NCBI GenBank assembly: GCA_025965515.1 | Contig: JAOPWU010000223.1 | Location: forward strand, 1-50,677 | Length of the DNA stretch: 50,677 nucleotides | Source of the DNA: Mycobacterium sp. | GTDB taxonomy: Bacteria > Actinomycetota > Actinomycetes > RYN-182 | Direction: 5' to 3' | In this document: positions 10,791-21,598 of the stretch, in pieces | Position numbering within the stretch: the first letter of the stretch is position 1 | How the letters are laid out: each line of letters starts with the position of its first letter | Position numbers and translations under genes: made by a program | Notes under the pieces: generated by a model | Seen by the model: only the letters and a program-made list of their open reading frames with translations | Told to the model about the DNA's origin: nothing | Databases searched by the model: none

Positions 10791-10862
10791 CTGGGGTACC
10801 AGGACTCGAACCTAGACTAGCTGAACCAGAATCAGCCGGGCTGCCAATTACCCCATACCCCA
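10791..10862 (-). tRNA. tRNA-Gln (anticodon CTG)
   Basis: The reverse complement TGGGGTATGGGGTAATTGGCAGCCCGGCTGATTCTGGTTCAGCTAGTCTAGGTTCGAGTCCTGGTACCCCAG gives a 72-nt cloverleaf. It has acceptor TGGGGTA/TACCCCA, anticodon stem GCTGA/TCAGC and loop TTCTGGT. Confidence 0.9.
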
Positions 10863-10950
10863 TTGGCCCTCGCGGGCCGGGCGCCCTCTCGGGCACGTCG
10901 GAGACTCTAGCAGACGTTCCGGACAGCCCCGCGCGGCGCCCCGGAGCCCG

Positions 10951-12516
10951 TCACTCCGACGCGCTCAGGTCGGCGATCGCCCGCGCCAGCCGCTCCAGCG
11001 TCTCGTCCCGCCCCAGCAGCTCCAGCGACTCGAACAGCGGCGGCGAGAAGCTGCTGCCGGTCACGGCCACGCGGACCGGCGCGAACGCCAGCCGCGGCTT
11101 GAGCCCCAGCCCCTCCACGAGCGCCGTGCGCAGCGCCGCCTCGATGGCCTCCACCGCCCACACCGTCAGCGCCGACAGCACGTCGTAGGCCGCCTGCAGC
11201 GGCGGCAGCGACTCGGGCAGCAGCGACTTCGCGCGGGCCGCCTCGTCGACGACGACGGGGCCCGGCGTGAACAGGAAGCCGAGCTGCGGGCCCACCGCGT
11301 CGAGCCGGTTCAGCCGCTCCTGCACCAGCGGGACCGCCGCCTGCAGGCGCTCGACGTCCAGCGGCCCGGGCACGGCGCGGGCGAGCCAGGGTTCGACCCG
11401 GCGCGCCAGCTCCGCCACGGAGAGGCCGCGGATCCAGTCGCCGTTGAGCGCCTCCAGCTTGCGGATGTCGAACCGCGCCGGGTTCTTCGACACGCGGTCC
11501 AACGAGAACGCCGCGATCATCTCGTCGGCTGCGAAGAACTCCCGGTCGCCCGGCAGCGACCAGCCGAGCAGCGCCAGGTAGTTGACCAGTGCCTCGGGCA
11601 GGAAGCCGTGGTCGCGGTACCAGGCGACGCTCACCTCGCCGTTGCGCTTGGACAGCGGCTTCTTGTCGTCGCCGATGAGCAGCGGCAGGTGCCCGAAGGT
11701 CGGCCAGGCGTCCGCCGGCAACCCGAGCGCCGCGTAGAGCAGCAGCTGGCGCGGGGTGGCGGTCGTCAGGTCCTCGCCGCGGACCACGTAGGTCAGCCCC
11801 ATGAGGGCGTCGTCGACCGCGGCGGCCAGCATGTAGAGCGGGTGGCCGTCGGCGCGCGCCAGCGTGAAGTCCGGGATCTCGCGGTGGTCGATCGTGACGT
11901 CACCCCGGACGGCGTCGCGCCAGGTCGTCACACCCGGCGGCACGGCGAACCGCACGACGAAGGCCTTGCCCTCCGCCGCCAACGCGTCCGACTCCTCACG
12001 CGACAGCCCCCGCCAGCGGGTGCCGTCGTAGCGCGGCGGCTGCTTGGCCGCGCGCTGGGCCTCACGCTGCGCCTCGAGCTCCTCCGGGGTGTCGAAGGCC
12101 CGGTAGGCAGCCCCCGACTCCAGCAGCAGCTGCAGCGCGTGACGGTGCAGCTCCAGCCGCTCGCTCTGCCGGTACGGCGCGTGGGGCCCGCCGACCCCGG
12201 GGCCCTCGTCCCACGTGAGGCCCAGCCAGTGCAGCACCCCCTGCAGGGCCACGTACGCCTCGTCGGTGGCGCGGCTGCGGTCGGTGTCCTCCACCCGCAG
12301 CAGGAACGTCCCACCGTGGCGGCGCGCCAGCGCCCAGTTGTAGAGCGCGGAGCGCACGTTCCCGACGTGCAGCTCTCCGCTGGGGGCGGGCGCGATCCGG
12401 GTCCGCACCGACGCGTCGAGCGGCCGCTGCACGAGGTGCCGGACCTCCCGCGGGGTCGTCGCGTCCCACGGCGGCAGGGAGCCGGCGAGCAGGGGCGGGA
12501 GGGCGTCGGGCGACAC
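10951..12516 (-). CDS. gltX: glutamate--tRNA ligase
   Basis: HIGH-type motif ELHVGNVRSALYNWALARRHGGTFLLRVEDTD and KMSKS-type PLSKRNG. AGGAG lies 8 nt upstream of GTG 12516. The longer track ORF (to 12858) overlaps the upstream gene. Confidence 0.92.
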   Translation of the reverse strand: MSPDALPPLLAGSLPPWDATTPREVRHLVQRPLDASVRTRIAPAPSGELHVGNVRSALYNWALARRHGGTFLLRVEDTDRSRATDEAYVALQGVLHWLGLTWDEGPGVGGPHAPYRQSERLELHRHALQLLLESGAAYRAFDTPEELEAQREAQRAAKQPPRYDGTRWRGLSREESDALAAEGKAFVVRFAVPPGVTTWRDAVRGDVTIDHREIPDFTLARADGHPLYMLAAAVDDALMGLTYVVRGEDLTTATPRQLLLYAALGLPADAWPTFGHLPLLIGDDKKPLSKRNGEVSVAWYRDHGFLPEALVNYLALLGWSLPGDREFFAADEMIAAFSLDRVSKNPARFDIRKLEALNGDWIRGLSVAELARRVEPWLARAVPGPLDVERLQAAVPLVQERLNRLDAVGPQLGFLFTPGPVVVDEAARAKSLLPESLPPLQAAYDVLSALTVWAVEAIEAALRTALVEGLGLKPRLAFAPVRVAVTGSSFSPPLFESLELLGRDETLERLARAIADLSASE

Positions 12517-12548
12517 GGGGCGGGCTCCTAGCGAGGGGGTCGGGGCGG

Positions 12549-13337
12549 TCAGCGGTTCTGGACGGGGTTCACCAGGTCGCCGACCCCGCTGATGGAGACG
12601 GTCACGACGTCGCCGTCGACGAGGGGCCCCACGCCGGCGGGCGTGCCGGTGAGCACCACGTCGCCGGGCAGCAGCGTCATCGCCCGGCTGATGAACGCGA
12701 TGAGGTCCGGCACCGTGTGGATCAGGTCGGCGGTGCTGCCGTCCTGGCGCACCTCGCCACCGACGAGCGCCCGCACGCGGGTCGTCGCCGGGTCGACGTC
12801 GGTCTCGATCCAGGGGCCCAGCGGGCAGAAGGTGTCGTGCCCCTTGGCCCGCGCCCACTGCCCGTCGGCCTGCTGCTGGTCGCGCGCGGTGACGTCGTTC
12901 GCGCAGGTGTAGCCCAGCACGGAGCCGAGCGCCTGCTCGGGCGTCACGTCGCGGGTGAGGCGGCCGATGACGACCGCAAGCTCGGCCTCGTGATCGACCC
13001 GCGCGCTGTCGGCGGGCAGCCGGATGGGCTCGAACGGTCCCACGATGGAGGTCGAGGGCTTCAGGAAGAGCACGGGGCTGGTGGGGGCCTCCCCGCCCAT
13101 CTCCCGGGCGTGGTCGGCGTAGTTCTTGCCGATACAGACGATCTTGCTGGGGATGACGGGGGCGAGCAGCCGCACCTCGTCGAGCCGGAACCGCGTCCCG
13201 GTCGTCTCGAACGGCGCGAACGGGTGGGGCGTGAGGCCGACGACCGAGGCCGCCGACGGGTCGGCGGGATCGGGCTCCACGACGCCGAAGGAGACGTCAC
13301 CGGACTTGCCCGGACGGATGAATCGAGCGATGCGCAC
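12549..13337 (-). CDS. fumarylacetoacetate hydrolase-family protein (Rv2993c-like)
   Basis: VCIGKNYADHAREMGGEAPTSPVLFLKPSTSIVGP...VDHEAELAVVIGR...GYTCANDVTARD...GDVVLTGTPAGVG. Confidence 0.85.
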   Translation of the reverse strand: MRIARFIRPGKSGDVSFGVVEPDPADPSAASVVGLTPHPFAPFETTGTRFRLDEVRLLAPVIPSKIVCIGKNYADHAREMGGEAPTSPVLFLKPSTSIVGPFEPIRLPADSARVDHEAELAVVIGRLTRDVTPEQALGSVLGYTCANDVTARDQQQADGQWARAKGHDTFCPLGPWIETDVDPATTRVRALVGGEVRQDGSTADLIHTVPDLIAFISRAMTLLPGDVVLTGTPAGVGPLVDGDVVTVSISGVGDLVNPVQNR

Positions 13338-13419
13338 GCTCCGACGCTACCCAACGGGCGGCGGCGCCTCCCGGGGCGCCGCCCACCGGGCCCCCATCAC
13401 GCGCCCGACGCTCCTGAGT

Positions 13420-13425
13420 GATAAT
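13420..13425 (+). promoter_or_regulatory. candidate -10 element (GATAAT) for the small Cys/Trp-rich ORF
   Basis: It sits in the only AT-rich patch of this intergenic region (GAGTGATAATCGTTCTCATAC). GATAAT fits the actinobacterial nAnnnT -10. The -35 is poor. Confidence 0.3.
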
Positions 13426-13495
13426 CGTTCTCATACGGGGCAGGAGACCCCGCGTCGCCGGCGAGTGCCGGCGGCGAGCCGAGGCGGAGGTACGG

Positions 13496-13747
13496 ATGAG
13501 CGAAGCGACCTACGACGTGGGGGCCCCGGAGCCCAAGCCGATCGACGAGGAGCTGTCCGTCAAGCTCGGGCACCTCGCGGAGGACGCGATCCTGCGCGGC
13601 AAGCCCAACGGCGACGAGCGCTGCGGGAACTGCCTGTACTACCTGGACACCGACAAGGACATCTCGTACTGCTGGCACCCCAAGCTGCGGATCCTCGTCG
13701 GCGACCCGTGGTGGTGCCAGTGGTGGGAGGAGATCGAGGAGTCCTGA
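13496..13747 (+). CDS. uncharacterised 83-aa four-Cys, Trp-rich acidic protein
   Basis: GGAGG lies 5 nt upstream of ATG 13496. The sequence is MSEATYDVGAPEPKPIDEELSVKLGHLAEDAILRGKPNGDERCGNCLYYLDTDKDISYCWHPKLRILVGDPWWCQWWEEIEES. GC3 is high throughout and a 15-bp hairpin follows. Confidence 0.65.
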   Translation: MSEATYDVGAPEPKPIDEELSVKLGHLAEDAILRGKPNGDERCGNCLYYLDTDKDISYCWHPKLRILVGDPWWCQWWEEIEES

Positions 13748-13790
13748 CCCGACCCCGGTAGCACCAGCCCCTGTCCCCACGCAGGTCCGC

Positions 13791-13826
13791 GGGCTGCTCC
13801 GGCGCGACTCAGCGCCGGAGCAGCCC
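13791..13826. terminator. bidirectional hairpin between the small ORF and cimA
   Basis: GGGCTGCTCCGGCGC-gactca-GCGCCGGAGCAGCCC: 15 perfect bp. The cimA stop codon and its last five codons lie inside the stem-loop. Confidence 0.55.
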
Positions 13827-15452
13827 GTAGCTGTAGGCGTCCTGCAGCGCCTCGAACGAAGCGGCCACGACGTTCTCGTGCACGCCCACCGTCGCCCACC
13901 GCTGATCGCCGTCACTCGTCTCGACGAGCACGCGGGTACGGGCGCCCGTGCCGAGCCGGCCCTCGAGGATGCGGACCTTGTAGTCCACCAGCTCCAGCGT
14001 CGCGGAGCTCGGGTACGCCTTCTCGAGCGCGGACCGCAGCGCCCGGTCGAGCGCGTTCACCGGACCGTTGCCCTCGCCCACGGCCACGATGCGGTCCCCC
14101 GCCACCGTGAGCTTCACGGTCGCCTCGCTGACCACCTCGCTGCCGCCGGCGCCGTCCGCGCGGTACTCGTCGATGACCCGCCAGGACTCGAGGACGAAGA
14201 CCGGGGCCTCCGCCTCGGACCCCTCGACGTGCGCGCGCAGCAGCAGCTCGAAGGACGCCTCGGCCGCCTCGTAGGTGTAGCCGGCGGCCTCCCGCTGCTT
14301 CACCCGCTCCACGACCTCGGCCGCCTGCTGCCGGGTGACCGGGACGCCGAGCTCCCGGCCCTTCATCTCCACCGACGCGCGGCCCGCGAGCTCGCTGACG
14401 AGGACCTTCATGTCGTTGCCGACGACCGCCGGGTCGAGGTGCTGGTAGAGGTCCGGGTCGATCTGGAGCGCGGAGGCGTGCAGCCCCGCCTTGTGCGTGA
14501 ACGCCGACGAGCCCACGAAGGGCTGGTGCGGGTCGGGCGCCAGGTTCGCCACCTCGCCGATGGCGTGGGCCACCCGGACGAGCTCGCGGAGCCGGCCCTC
14601 GGGGAGCACCGGGAAACCCCGCTTGGCCTCCAGCGCCGCGACCACGCTGAACAGGTCGGCGTTGCCCGCCCGCTCGCCGTAGCCGTTCGCGGTGCCCTGC
14701 ACGTGGGTGACGCCCGCGTCGACGGCCAGCAGCGTGTTCGCCACCGCGCAGGCGGTGTCGTCGTGGCAGTGGATGCCGAGCCGGATGCCCGTCGCGCCCG
14801 CCACCGCGCCGACCACCTCGACGAGCTGCTGCGGCAGCATGCCGCCGTTCGTGTCGCAGAGGACCGTGACGTCGGCGCCGGCCTCCCCCGCGGTCCGGAG
14901 CACCGCCAGGGCGTACTCGGGGTCGGTCACGTACCCGTCGAAGAAGTGCTCGGCGTCGAGGAAGACCCGGCGACCCTCGCGGACCAGGAAGCCGACCGTG
15001 TCGGCGATCATCGCCAGGTTCTCCGCCAGGTCCGTCCGCAGCGCGAGCTCGACGTGCCGGGCGTGCGCCTTGGCCACCAGGGTGACGACCGGCGTCTGCG
15101 CCGCCAGCAGCGCCTGCACCTGTGGGTCCACGGCGGCACGGGTGCCGGCCTTGCGGGTGGCCCCGAACGCCGCCAGCACCGCGGTCGACAGGCCGAGCTC
15201 CGTGCCGGCGCGGCGGAAGAACTCGGCGTCCTTGGGGTTGGCGCCGGGCCAGCCGCCCTCGATGAAGCCCACGCCCAGCTCGTCCAGGTGCCGCGCGATC
15301 CGCAGCTTGTCGGTGACCGACGGGGAGAAGCCCTCCCGTTGGGTGCCGTCGCGCAGCGTCGTGTCGTAGACGTGGAACGAGTCGCCCGCCGGGGTGGCCA
15401 GCGGGGCGGCCGGGCCGAGCGCGGAGGGCGCTGCTCCCGTGGGCGTGCTCAT
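13809..15452 (-). CDS. cimA: citramalate synthase (LeuA-family, CimA type)
   Basis: FHVYDTTLRDGTQREGFSPSVTDKLRIARHLDELGVGFIEGGWPGANPKDAEFF...HCHDDTACAVANTL...GTANGYGERAGNADL, plus a C-terminal LeuA-dimer-like regulatory domain. It lacks the long N-terminal extension of the leuA paralog at 18849. Confidence 0.85.
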   Translation of the reverse strand: MSTPTGAAPSALGPAAPLATPAGDSFHVYDTTLRDGTQREGFSPSVTDKLRIARHLDELGVGFIEGGWPGANPKDAEFFRRAGTELGLSTAVLAAFGATRKAGTRAAVDPQVQALLAAQTPVVTLVAKAHARHVELALRTDLAENLAMIADTVGFLVREGRRVFLDAEHFFDGYVTDPEYALAVLRTAGEAGADVTVLCDTNGGMLPQQLVEVVGAVAGATGIRLGIHCHDDTACAVANTLLAVDAGVTHVQGTANGYGERAGNADLFSVVAALEAKRGFPVLPEGRLRELVRVAHAIGEVANLAPDPHQPFVGSSAFTHKAGLHASALQIDPDLYQHLDPAVVGNDMKVLVSELAGRASVEMKGRELGVPVTRQQAAEVVERVKQREAAGYTYEAAEASFELLLRAHVEGSEAEAPVFVLESWRVIDEYRADGAGGSEVVSEATVKLTVAGDRIVAVGEGNGPVNALDRALRSALEKAYPSSATLELVDYKVRILEGRLGTGARTRVLVETSDGDQRWATVGVHENVVAASFEALQDAYSYGLLRR

Positions 15453-15595
15453 CGGGTCCTCTCAGGAAGAGTGGCGCGGGAACGGGCGCTGCGGCGCCGG
15501 CGTCCCCCTGGCGGCGACGGTACTCGTACCCTAGGAGCGGGTGTCCGCCCCGCCCGGCGGGGCCGCCCTGCCAGCTCCCGCCGCCAGGAGGTCCG

Positions 15596-15871
15596 ATGTC
15601 CGGCACCATCACTGCGCCCGCTGCGCCCGCCACGACCGGTGGCGCCACGCAGCTGGCCCCCGACCCGACGCCGCTGACGACGGACGACGGCGACCACGAG
15701 CGGTTCGCGCACTACGCCGACCGCAACAAGATCACCGAGAGCATGGTGACGGGGGTCCCGATCGTGGCGCTCTGCGGCAAGACCTGGGTGCCGAGCCGCG
15801 ACCCCAAGAAGTACCCGGTCTGCCCGGACTGCAAGGAGATCTACGAGGGCCTGCCCGACAAGCGGGGCTGA
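15596..15871 (+). CDS. DUF3039-family small protein
   Basis: AGGAGG lies 4 nt upstream of the ATG. ERFAHYADRNKITESMVTGVPIVALCGKTWVPSRDPKKYPVCPDCKEIYEGL matches the conserved actinobacterial DUF3039 pattern as I remember it. Confidence 0.75.
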   Translation: MSGTITAPAAPATTGGATQLAPDPTPLTTDDGDHERFAHYADRNKITESMVTGVPIVALCGKTWVPSRDPKKYPVCPDCKEIYEGLPDKRG

Positions 15872-15881
15872 GCAAGGGACG

Positions 15882-15930
15882 ACGACGGCGGCCCGGGACC
15901 CCAAGCAAGGGGGTTCCGGGCCGCCGTCGT
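15882..15930. terminator. bidirectional hairpin between the DUF3039 gene and ilvE
   Basis: ACGACGGCGGCCCGG (15882-15896) pairs perfectly with CCGGGCCGCCGTCGT (15916-15930), with a 19-nt loop that is itself partly paired (GACCCC/GGGGTT). Confidence 0.5.
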
Positions 15931-15945
15931 TCCGGCTACGGCCGG

Positions 15946-16872
15946 TCAGCGGTTGACGATGTCCCGCCACTCCGCGTGGTCGCCGCTGCGGCCCGTGGTC
16001 ACACCGTGGTAGGCCTCGACGAGGCCCTTCACGACCGGGCCCGGCCGGCCGGTGCCCACGGGGCGGTCGTCCACCTCGGAGATCGGCACGATCTCGGCCG
16101 CGGTGCCGGTGAAGAACGCCTCGTCCGCGAGGTACAGCTCGCTGCGCACGATCGGGGACTCGGTGACGGTGAGCCCCTGCTCGCGCGCCAGGGTCATGAC
16201 CGTGTCGCGGGTGATGCCCTTGAGCACGCCCTCGGTCACGGGCGGCGTGATGAGCGTGTCGCCCTTCACGATGAAGAGGTTCTCACCCGTGCCTTCGGCG
16301 ACCGTGCCGTTGGCGTTGGTGAGGATCGCCTCGTCGTAGCCGGCCTTGAGCGCGGCCGCCTTGGCGAGCGACGAGTTGATGTACTGCCCGCTGGCCTTGC
16401 CCTGCGGCGGGATCACGTTCGCGCCCAGCCGCTGCCAGGACGACACGACCGTGCGGCAGCCCTTCTCCTGCGCGTCGGCGCCGAGGTAGGCGCCCCACGG
16501 CCAGACGGCGATGCTGCCCTCCACCGCGCTGGGCAGCGGGTTCACGCCCATCTCGCCGTAGCCCAGGTACAGCAGCGGCCGGATGTAGCAGGAGTCCAAG
16601 CCGTTGATCCGCACGGTCTCCCGGGTGGCCTCGACGATCTCGTCGACCGACCACGGCACGGGCATCATGTAGATCTTGGCAGAGGAGAACAGCCGCTCGA
16701 TGTGCTCGCGCAGCCGGAAGACCGCGGGCCCCTGGTCCGTGGCGTAGGCCCGGATCCCCTCGAAGACGCCCCAACCGTAGTGCAGCGTCGGGTTCAGGAC
16801 GTGGATGCGGGCGTCGTCCCAGTCGACGAACTCGCCACTCATCCAGATCTTCTTCGTGGGCTCGATGGCCAC
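15946..16872 (-). CDS. ilvE: branched-chain-amino-acid aminotransferase (short, class IV type)
   Basis: IWMSGEFVDWDDARIHVLNPTLHYGWGVFEGIRAY...GANVIPPQGKASGQYINSSLAK...EGTGENLFIV...GITRD. GAGGAGA lies 7 nt upstream of the GTG start. Confidence 0.9.
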   Translation of the reverse strand: MAIEPTKKIWMSGEFVDWDDARIHVLNPTLHYGWGVFEGIRAYATDQGPAVFRLREHIERLFSSAKIYMMPVPWSVDEIVEATRETVRINGLDSCYIRPLLYLGYGEMGVNPLPSAVEGSIAVWPWGAYLGADAQEKGCRTVVSSWQRLGANVIPPQGKASGQYINSSLAKAAALKAGYDEAILTNANGTVAEGTGENLFIVKGDTLITPPVTEGVLKGITRDTVMTLAREQGLTVTESPIVRSELYLADEAFFTGTAAEIVPISEVDDRPVGTGRPGPVVKGLVEAYHGVTTGRSGDHAEWRDIVNR

Positions 16873-16993
16873 TGTGTGCTCTCCTCGCGGGGGGACGCTG
16901 TCGGGCCCGGACTGCTCCGGTCCCGCGCCTCGACGGCTGCCGTGGATTCCTACGGCGCCAGGGTTACGACGCCCGGGACGAGCCCGGCGGCGG

Positions 16994-18061
16994 TCAGCCG
17001 CTGACGCGCTTGGCGAGGTCGTCGCCGACCTCGACCGTGCGGACGGGACCAGGCCGACGCTCGCTGAGATGGGCGGCGACAGCCTGCTCGACCCGCTGGG
17101 CCTGCTCGGGCAGCCCGAGGTGTTCCAACAGCATACCGACCGACAGAACCGTGGCGACCGGATCTGCGATGCCCTGCCCCGCGATGTCCGGTGCGGAACC
17201 GTGCACGGGCTCGAACATCGACGGGTTCGTACGGCTCACGTCGAGGTTGCCGCTGGCCGCCAGCCCGATGCCCCCGGCCACCGCCGCCCCCAGGTCGGTG
17301 AGGATGTCGCCGAACAGGTTGTCGGTGACGACCACGTCGAACCGCTGCGGCTGCGTCACGAAGTAGATGGTCGCGGCGTCGACGTGCGTGTAGTCGACCG
17401 TCACGTCCGGGAACTCCGCCCCGACCCGGTCGACGGTGCGCGCCCACAGCGAACCGGCGTGGGTGAGCACGTTGGTCTTGTGCGCGAGCGTGAGGTGGCG
17501 GCGGCGGCCCTGCGCGCGGGTGAAGGCGTCGCGGACCACGCGCTCGACGCCGTAGGCGGTGTTGAGGCTGACCTCGGTGGCGACCTCCTGCGGGGTGCCG
17601 CGGCGCAGCGTGCCGCCGTTGCCCGCGTACGGGCCCTCGGTGCCCTCCCGGACGACGACCATGTCGACCGTCTCCGGGGTGGCCCCGGCGATCGGCGAGG
17701 AGACGCCCGGGAACAGCTTCACGGGACGCAGGTTCACGTGGTGGTCGAGCTCGAACCGCAGCTTCAGCAGCAGGCCCCGCTCGAGCACGCCGCTCGGCAC
17801 GCCGGGGTCGCCCACGGCGCCCAGCAGGATCGCGTCGTGGCCCCGCAGCTCGTCGAGCACGCTCTGGGGCAGCGTCTCCCCGGTGCGGTGCCAGCGCGCG
17901 GCCCCGAGGTCGTAGGAGGTGGTCGCCACCCCTGGGTGCACCGTGCGGAGCACCTTGAGCCCCTCGGCGACCACCTCGGGTCCGATGCCGTCGCCGCCAA
18001 TGACCGCCAGGTTGAGGGTCTTCGCCCCGTCCGTTTTCACCACGGGCCGCATGCTAGCCAC
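16994..18061 (-). CDS. leuB: 3-isopropylmalate dehydrogenase
   Basis: [14 protein letters not shown]...[11 protein letters not shown]...[28 protein letters not shown]...[19 protein letters not shown]. Confidence 0.95.
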   Translation of the reverse strand: MASMRPVVKTDGAKTLNLAVIGGDGIGPEVVAEGLKVLRTVHPGVATTSYDLGAARWHRTGETLPQSVLDELRGHDAILLGAVGDPGVPSGVLERGLLLKLRFELDHHVNLRPVKLFPGVSSPIAGATPETVDMVVVREGTEGPYAGNGGTLRRGTPQEVATEVSLNTAYGVERVVRDAFTRAQGRRRHLTLAHKTNVLTHAGSLWARTVDRVGAEFPDVTVDYTHVDAATIYFVTQPQRFDVVVTDNLFGDILTDLGAAVAGGIGLAASGNLDVSRTNPSMFEPVHGSAPDIAGQGIADPVATVLSVGMLLEHLGLPEQAQRVEQAVAAHLSERRPGPVRTVEVGDDLAKRVSG

Positions 18062-18091
18062 CGGCCCGGCGGCCTCCGGCGGACGGGCCGC

Positions 18092-18805
18092 TCAGCGCAG
18101 CGCCGGCACGTACCCCGCCACCGCGCGCTCCTGCTCCTGGTCGAGCTCCAGCACGTCGTACACGTCGCCCTGCGGGAGCTGCTCCCCCAGCGCCGGCGCG
18201 AACGTCGCCGCCGCGTGGCCGGGCACGCCGGCGGGGACCACGCCCACGACTACCCGGGCATCGGCGCCCCCGACGGACAGCGCGAAGAGGTAGGCGGTGG
18301 AGACGTCGGGCGACGACCGCACCGTCCGCCGCACGGCCTCCTCGACGTCCGGCGGCACCGGGAACGCCGGCGCGCCGACGTAGACCTCCGTGCCCTGCGG
18401 GACGACCCGGCCGCGCTCGGCGTACCGCTGCGACAGCCACGACAGCGGCACCGCGGCCGGCACGGGGCCGGCGCCGTCGATCACGAGCACGTCGACCTGC
18501 GCCTGGCGGGCCACGTCCAACACGATCGGCGGGTCGACCGCGACCACGGACTGCGGCTGCTCCTGCGTCGCCTGGTACGCCGCGACGCCGTCAGGGCCGG
18601 AGAACCCGAACAGGCAGGTGCTGCCGTCCGGGCCGTTGCCGGTGATGATCCCCTCCGCCGAGCCCTCCGGCCCCACGACGACGAGCAGCAGCAGCGGACC
18701 GCCGTCGAGCAGGGCGTCGAGGAGCTCCGGGACCGGCGCCTGCCGGGCCAGTGCGGTCACCAGCGCGGTGTTGCGCGGCGCCTCGGACAGCTCGCTCACT
18801 CGCAT
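18092..18805 (-). CDS. SseB-like family protein (uncharacterised), embedded between leuA and leuB
   Basis: Starts at ATG 18805: MRVSELSEAPRNTALVTALARQAPVPELLDALLDGGPLLLLVVV...STCLFGFSGPDGVAAYQ...VLVIDGAGPVPAAVPLSWL...STAYLFAL. The layout resembles the SseB N- and C-terminal domains. This assignment is by eye only. Confidence 0.45.
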   Translation of the reverse strand: MRVSELSEAPRNTALVTALARQAPVPELLDALLDGGPLLLLVVVGPEGSAEGIITGNGPDGSTCLFGFSGPDGVAAYQATQEQPQSVVAVDPPIVLDVARQAQVDVLVIDGAGPVPAAVPLSWLSQRYAERGRVVPQGTEVYVGAPAFPVPPDVEEAVRRTVRSSPDVSTAYLFALSVGGADARVVVGVVPAGVPGHAAATFAPALGEQLPQGDVYDVLELDQEQERAVAGYVPALR

Positions 18806-18848
18806 CCCACCCGTCGCGTCCGGACCGATCCGGCGGGCGCCGCGACGG

Positions 18849-20570
<1,722 letters not shown>

Positions 20571-20624
20571 TCACGAAGGACGGCGGCCAGCGCGACGAAC
20601 CCGCGACGGGGAGCCGGCCTGGTG

Positions 20625-20669
20625 TCAGGCCCCGCCGCGGCGCGTAAGGAGGAGGAGCGCCTGTGCCAT
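20625..20669 (-). CDS. candidate leuA leader peptide MAQALLLLTRRGGA (four consecutive Leu codons)
   Basis: ATG GCA CAG GCG CTC CTC CTC CTT ACG CGC CGC GGC GGG GCC TGA. It ends 90 nt upstream of the leuA ATG. See the corresponding finding. Confidence 0.6.
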   Translation of the reverse strand: MAQALLLLTRRGGA

Positions 20670-20676
20670 GCCGAGC

Positions 20677-20685
20677 ACGGTAACA
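20677..20685 (-). promoter_or_regulatory. candidate extended -10 (TGT-TACCGT) giving a leaderless leuA-leader transcript
   Basis: TGnTAnnnT ends 7 nt upstream of the leader ATG. No convincing -35. Confidence 0.35.
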
Positions 20686-20752
20686 AAGATCCGGGGTGGC
20701 TGCTCCCGGTTCACCCCACCGGCGGTTGTCCCGGGCACGCAGTTCCCGGGCG

Positions 20753-21598
20753 TCACTCCGCCAGGAACTCCTCGACGACCTCGCGGAACGCCTGCGGCTC
20801 GTCGACCCACGGGAAGTGCCCGGCGCCCGTGAGGACGGCGACCCGGGCGTCGGGGAAGGACCCGGCGACGCGGTGGGCGGACGCCACGCCGGTGAGGCCG
20901 TCCCGCTCCCCCGCGACCACCAGTACGGGCGCGGTGACGACCCGCAGGGCGGCCAGCAGCCCGGCCGTGTCCGTCCCGCCGGCTTGGCGGAAGCCCAGCT
21001 CCGCGCGGCGGGAGCTCTGGCTGTCGGCGGTGGCCGCGTGGGCCTGCTGCCGCTCGTCCCACCGGCCGTAGAAGAACGGCCGGGTCTGCCGCACCAACTG
21101 CTGTGTGACCGCGCCGGGCATCCCCTCGGCGAGCGCCTCCGCCGCCTCGACGGCCTCCGCGTACCAGGGCTCGCCCGAGCGCGCGGCCCGGATGGCGCCC
21201 ACGTCCGGGAAGTCCGGCGCCTGCAGCCGGCTGCTCGGCGTCACGAGGACCAGCCGGCGCAGCCGGCCGGCGTGCTGCGCCGCCAGCGCCTGCAGCACGA
21301 TCGCGCCGGCGCTGTGCCCCAGCACGTCGGCGCGGTCGAGCCCGAGGTGGTCGAGCAGCGCCACCAGGTCGTCGGCCAGCCGCGGGAAGGCCAGCGAGGC
21401 CGGGTCGGCCGGCACCTCGCTGCCGCCGGTGGCCCGGGCGTCCAGCCGCACGACCGTGCGCGTGCCGGTCAGGCCGCCGAGGTCCTCCAGGTACGCCGCG
21501 GCGCGCCCGGGGCCGCCGGGCTGGCAGACGAGGTGCGGCCCGCTCCCCTCGACCGTGTAGTGCAGGCGGGTCCCGTCGGCGGCGTTGAAGGTCGGCAC
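20753..21598 (-). CDS. alpha/beta-fold hydrolase
   Basis: C-terminal 281 aa of track ORF 20753..23377. It carries the nucleophile elbow VLGHSAGAIV, FNAADGTRLHY...LVCQPGGPG and a C-terminal GAGHFPWVDEP. The only in-frame start after the serA stop is GTG 21598. Confidence 0.75.
   Translation of the reverse strand: MPTFNAADGTRLHYTVEGSGPHLVCQPGGPGRAAAYLEDLGGLTGTRTVVRLDARATGGSEVPADPASLAFPRLADDLVALLDHLGLDRADVLGHSAGAIVLQALAAQHAGRLRRLVLVTPSSRLQAPDFPDVGAIRAARSGEPWYAEAVEAAEALAEGMPGAVTQQLVRQTRPFFYGRWDERQQAHAATADSQSSRRAELGFRQAGGTDTAGLLAALRVVTAPVLVVAGERDGLTGVASAHRVAGSFPDARVAVLTGAGHFPWVDEPQAFREVVEEFLAE

Noticed and set aside
10613-10950. tRNA-Glu/tRNA-Gln locus as a possible integration hot-spot or genomic-island border
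   Set aside because: There is no integrase, no direct repeat of the tRNA 3' ends, and no compositional shift on either side. The flanking genes (IclR-leuCD, gltX) are the conserved core neighbours.
12517-12548. T-box or riboswitch leaders upstream of gltX, serA (23263-23390), cimA (15453-15595) and ilvE (16873-16993)
   Set aside because: The gltX gap is only 32 bp. The other regions show generic GC hairpins only, with no conserved riboswitch or T-box core sequences that I recognise and no short ORFs enriched in the relevant codons.
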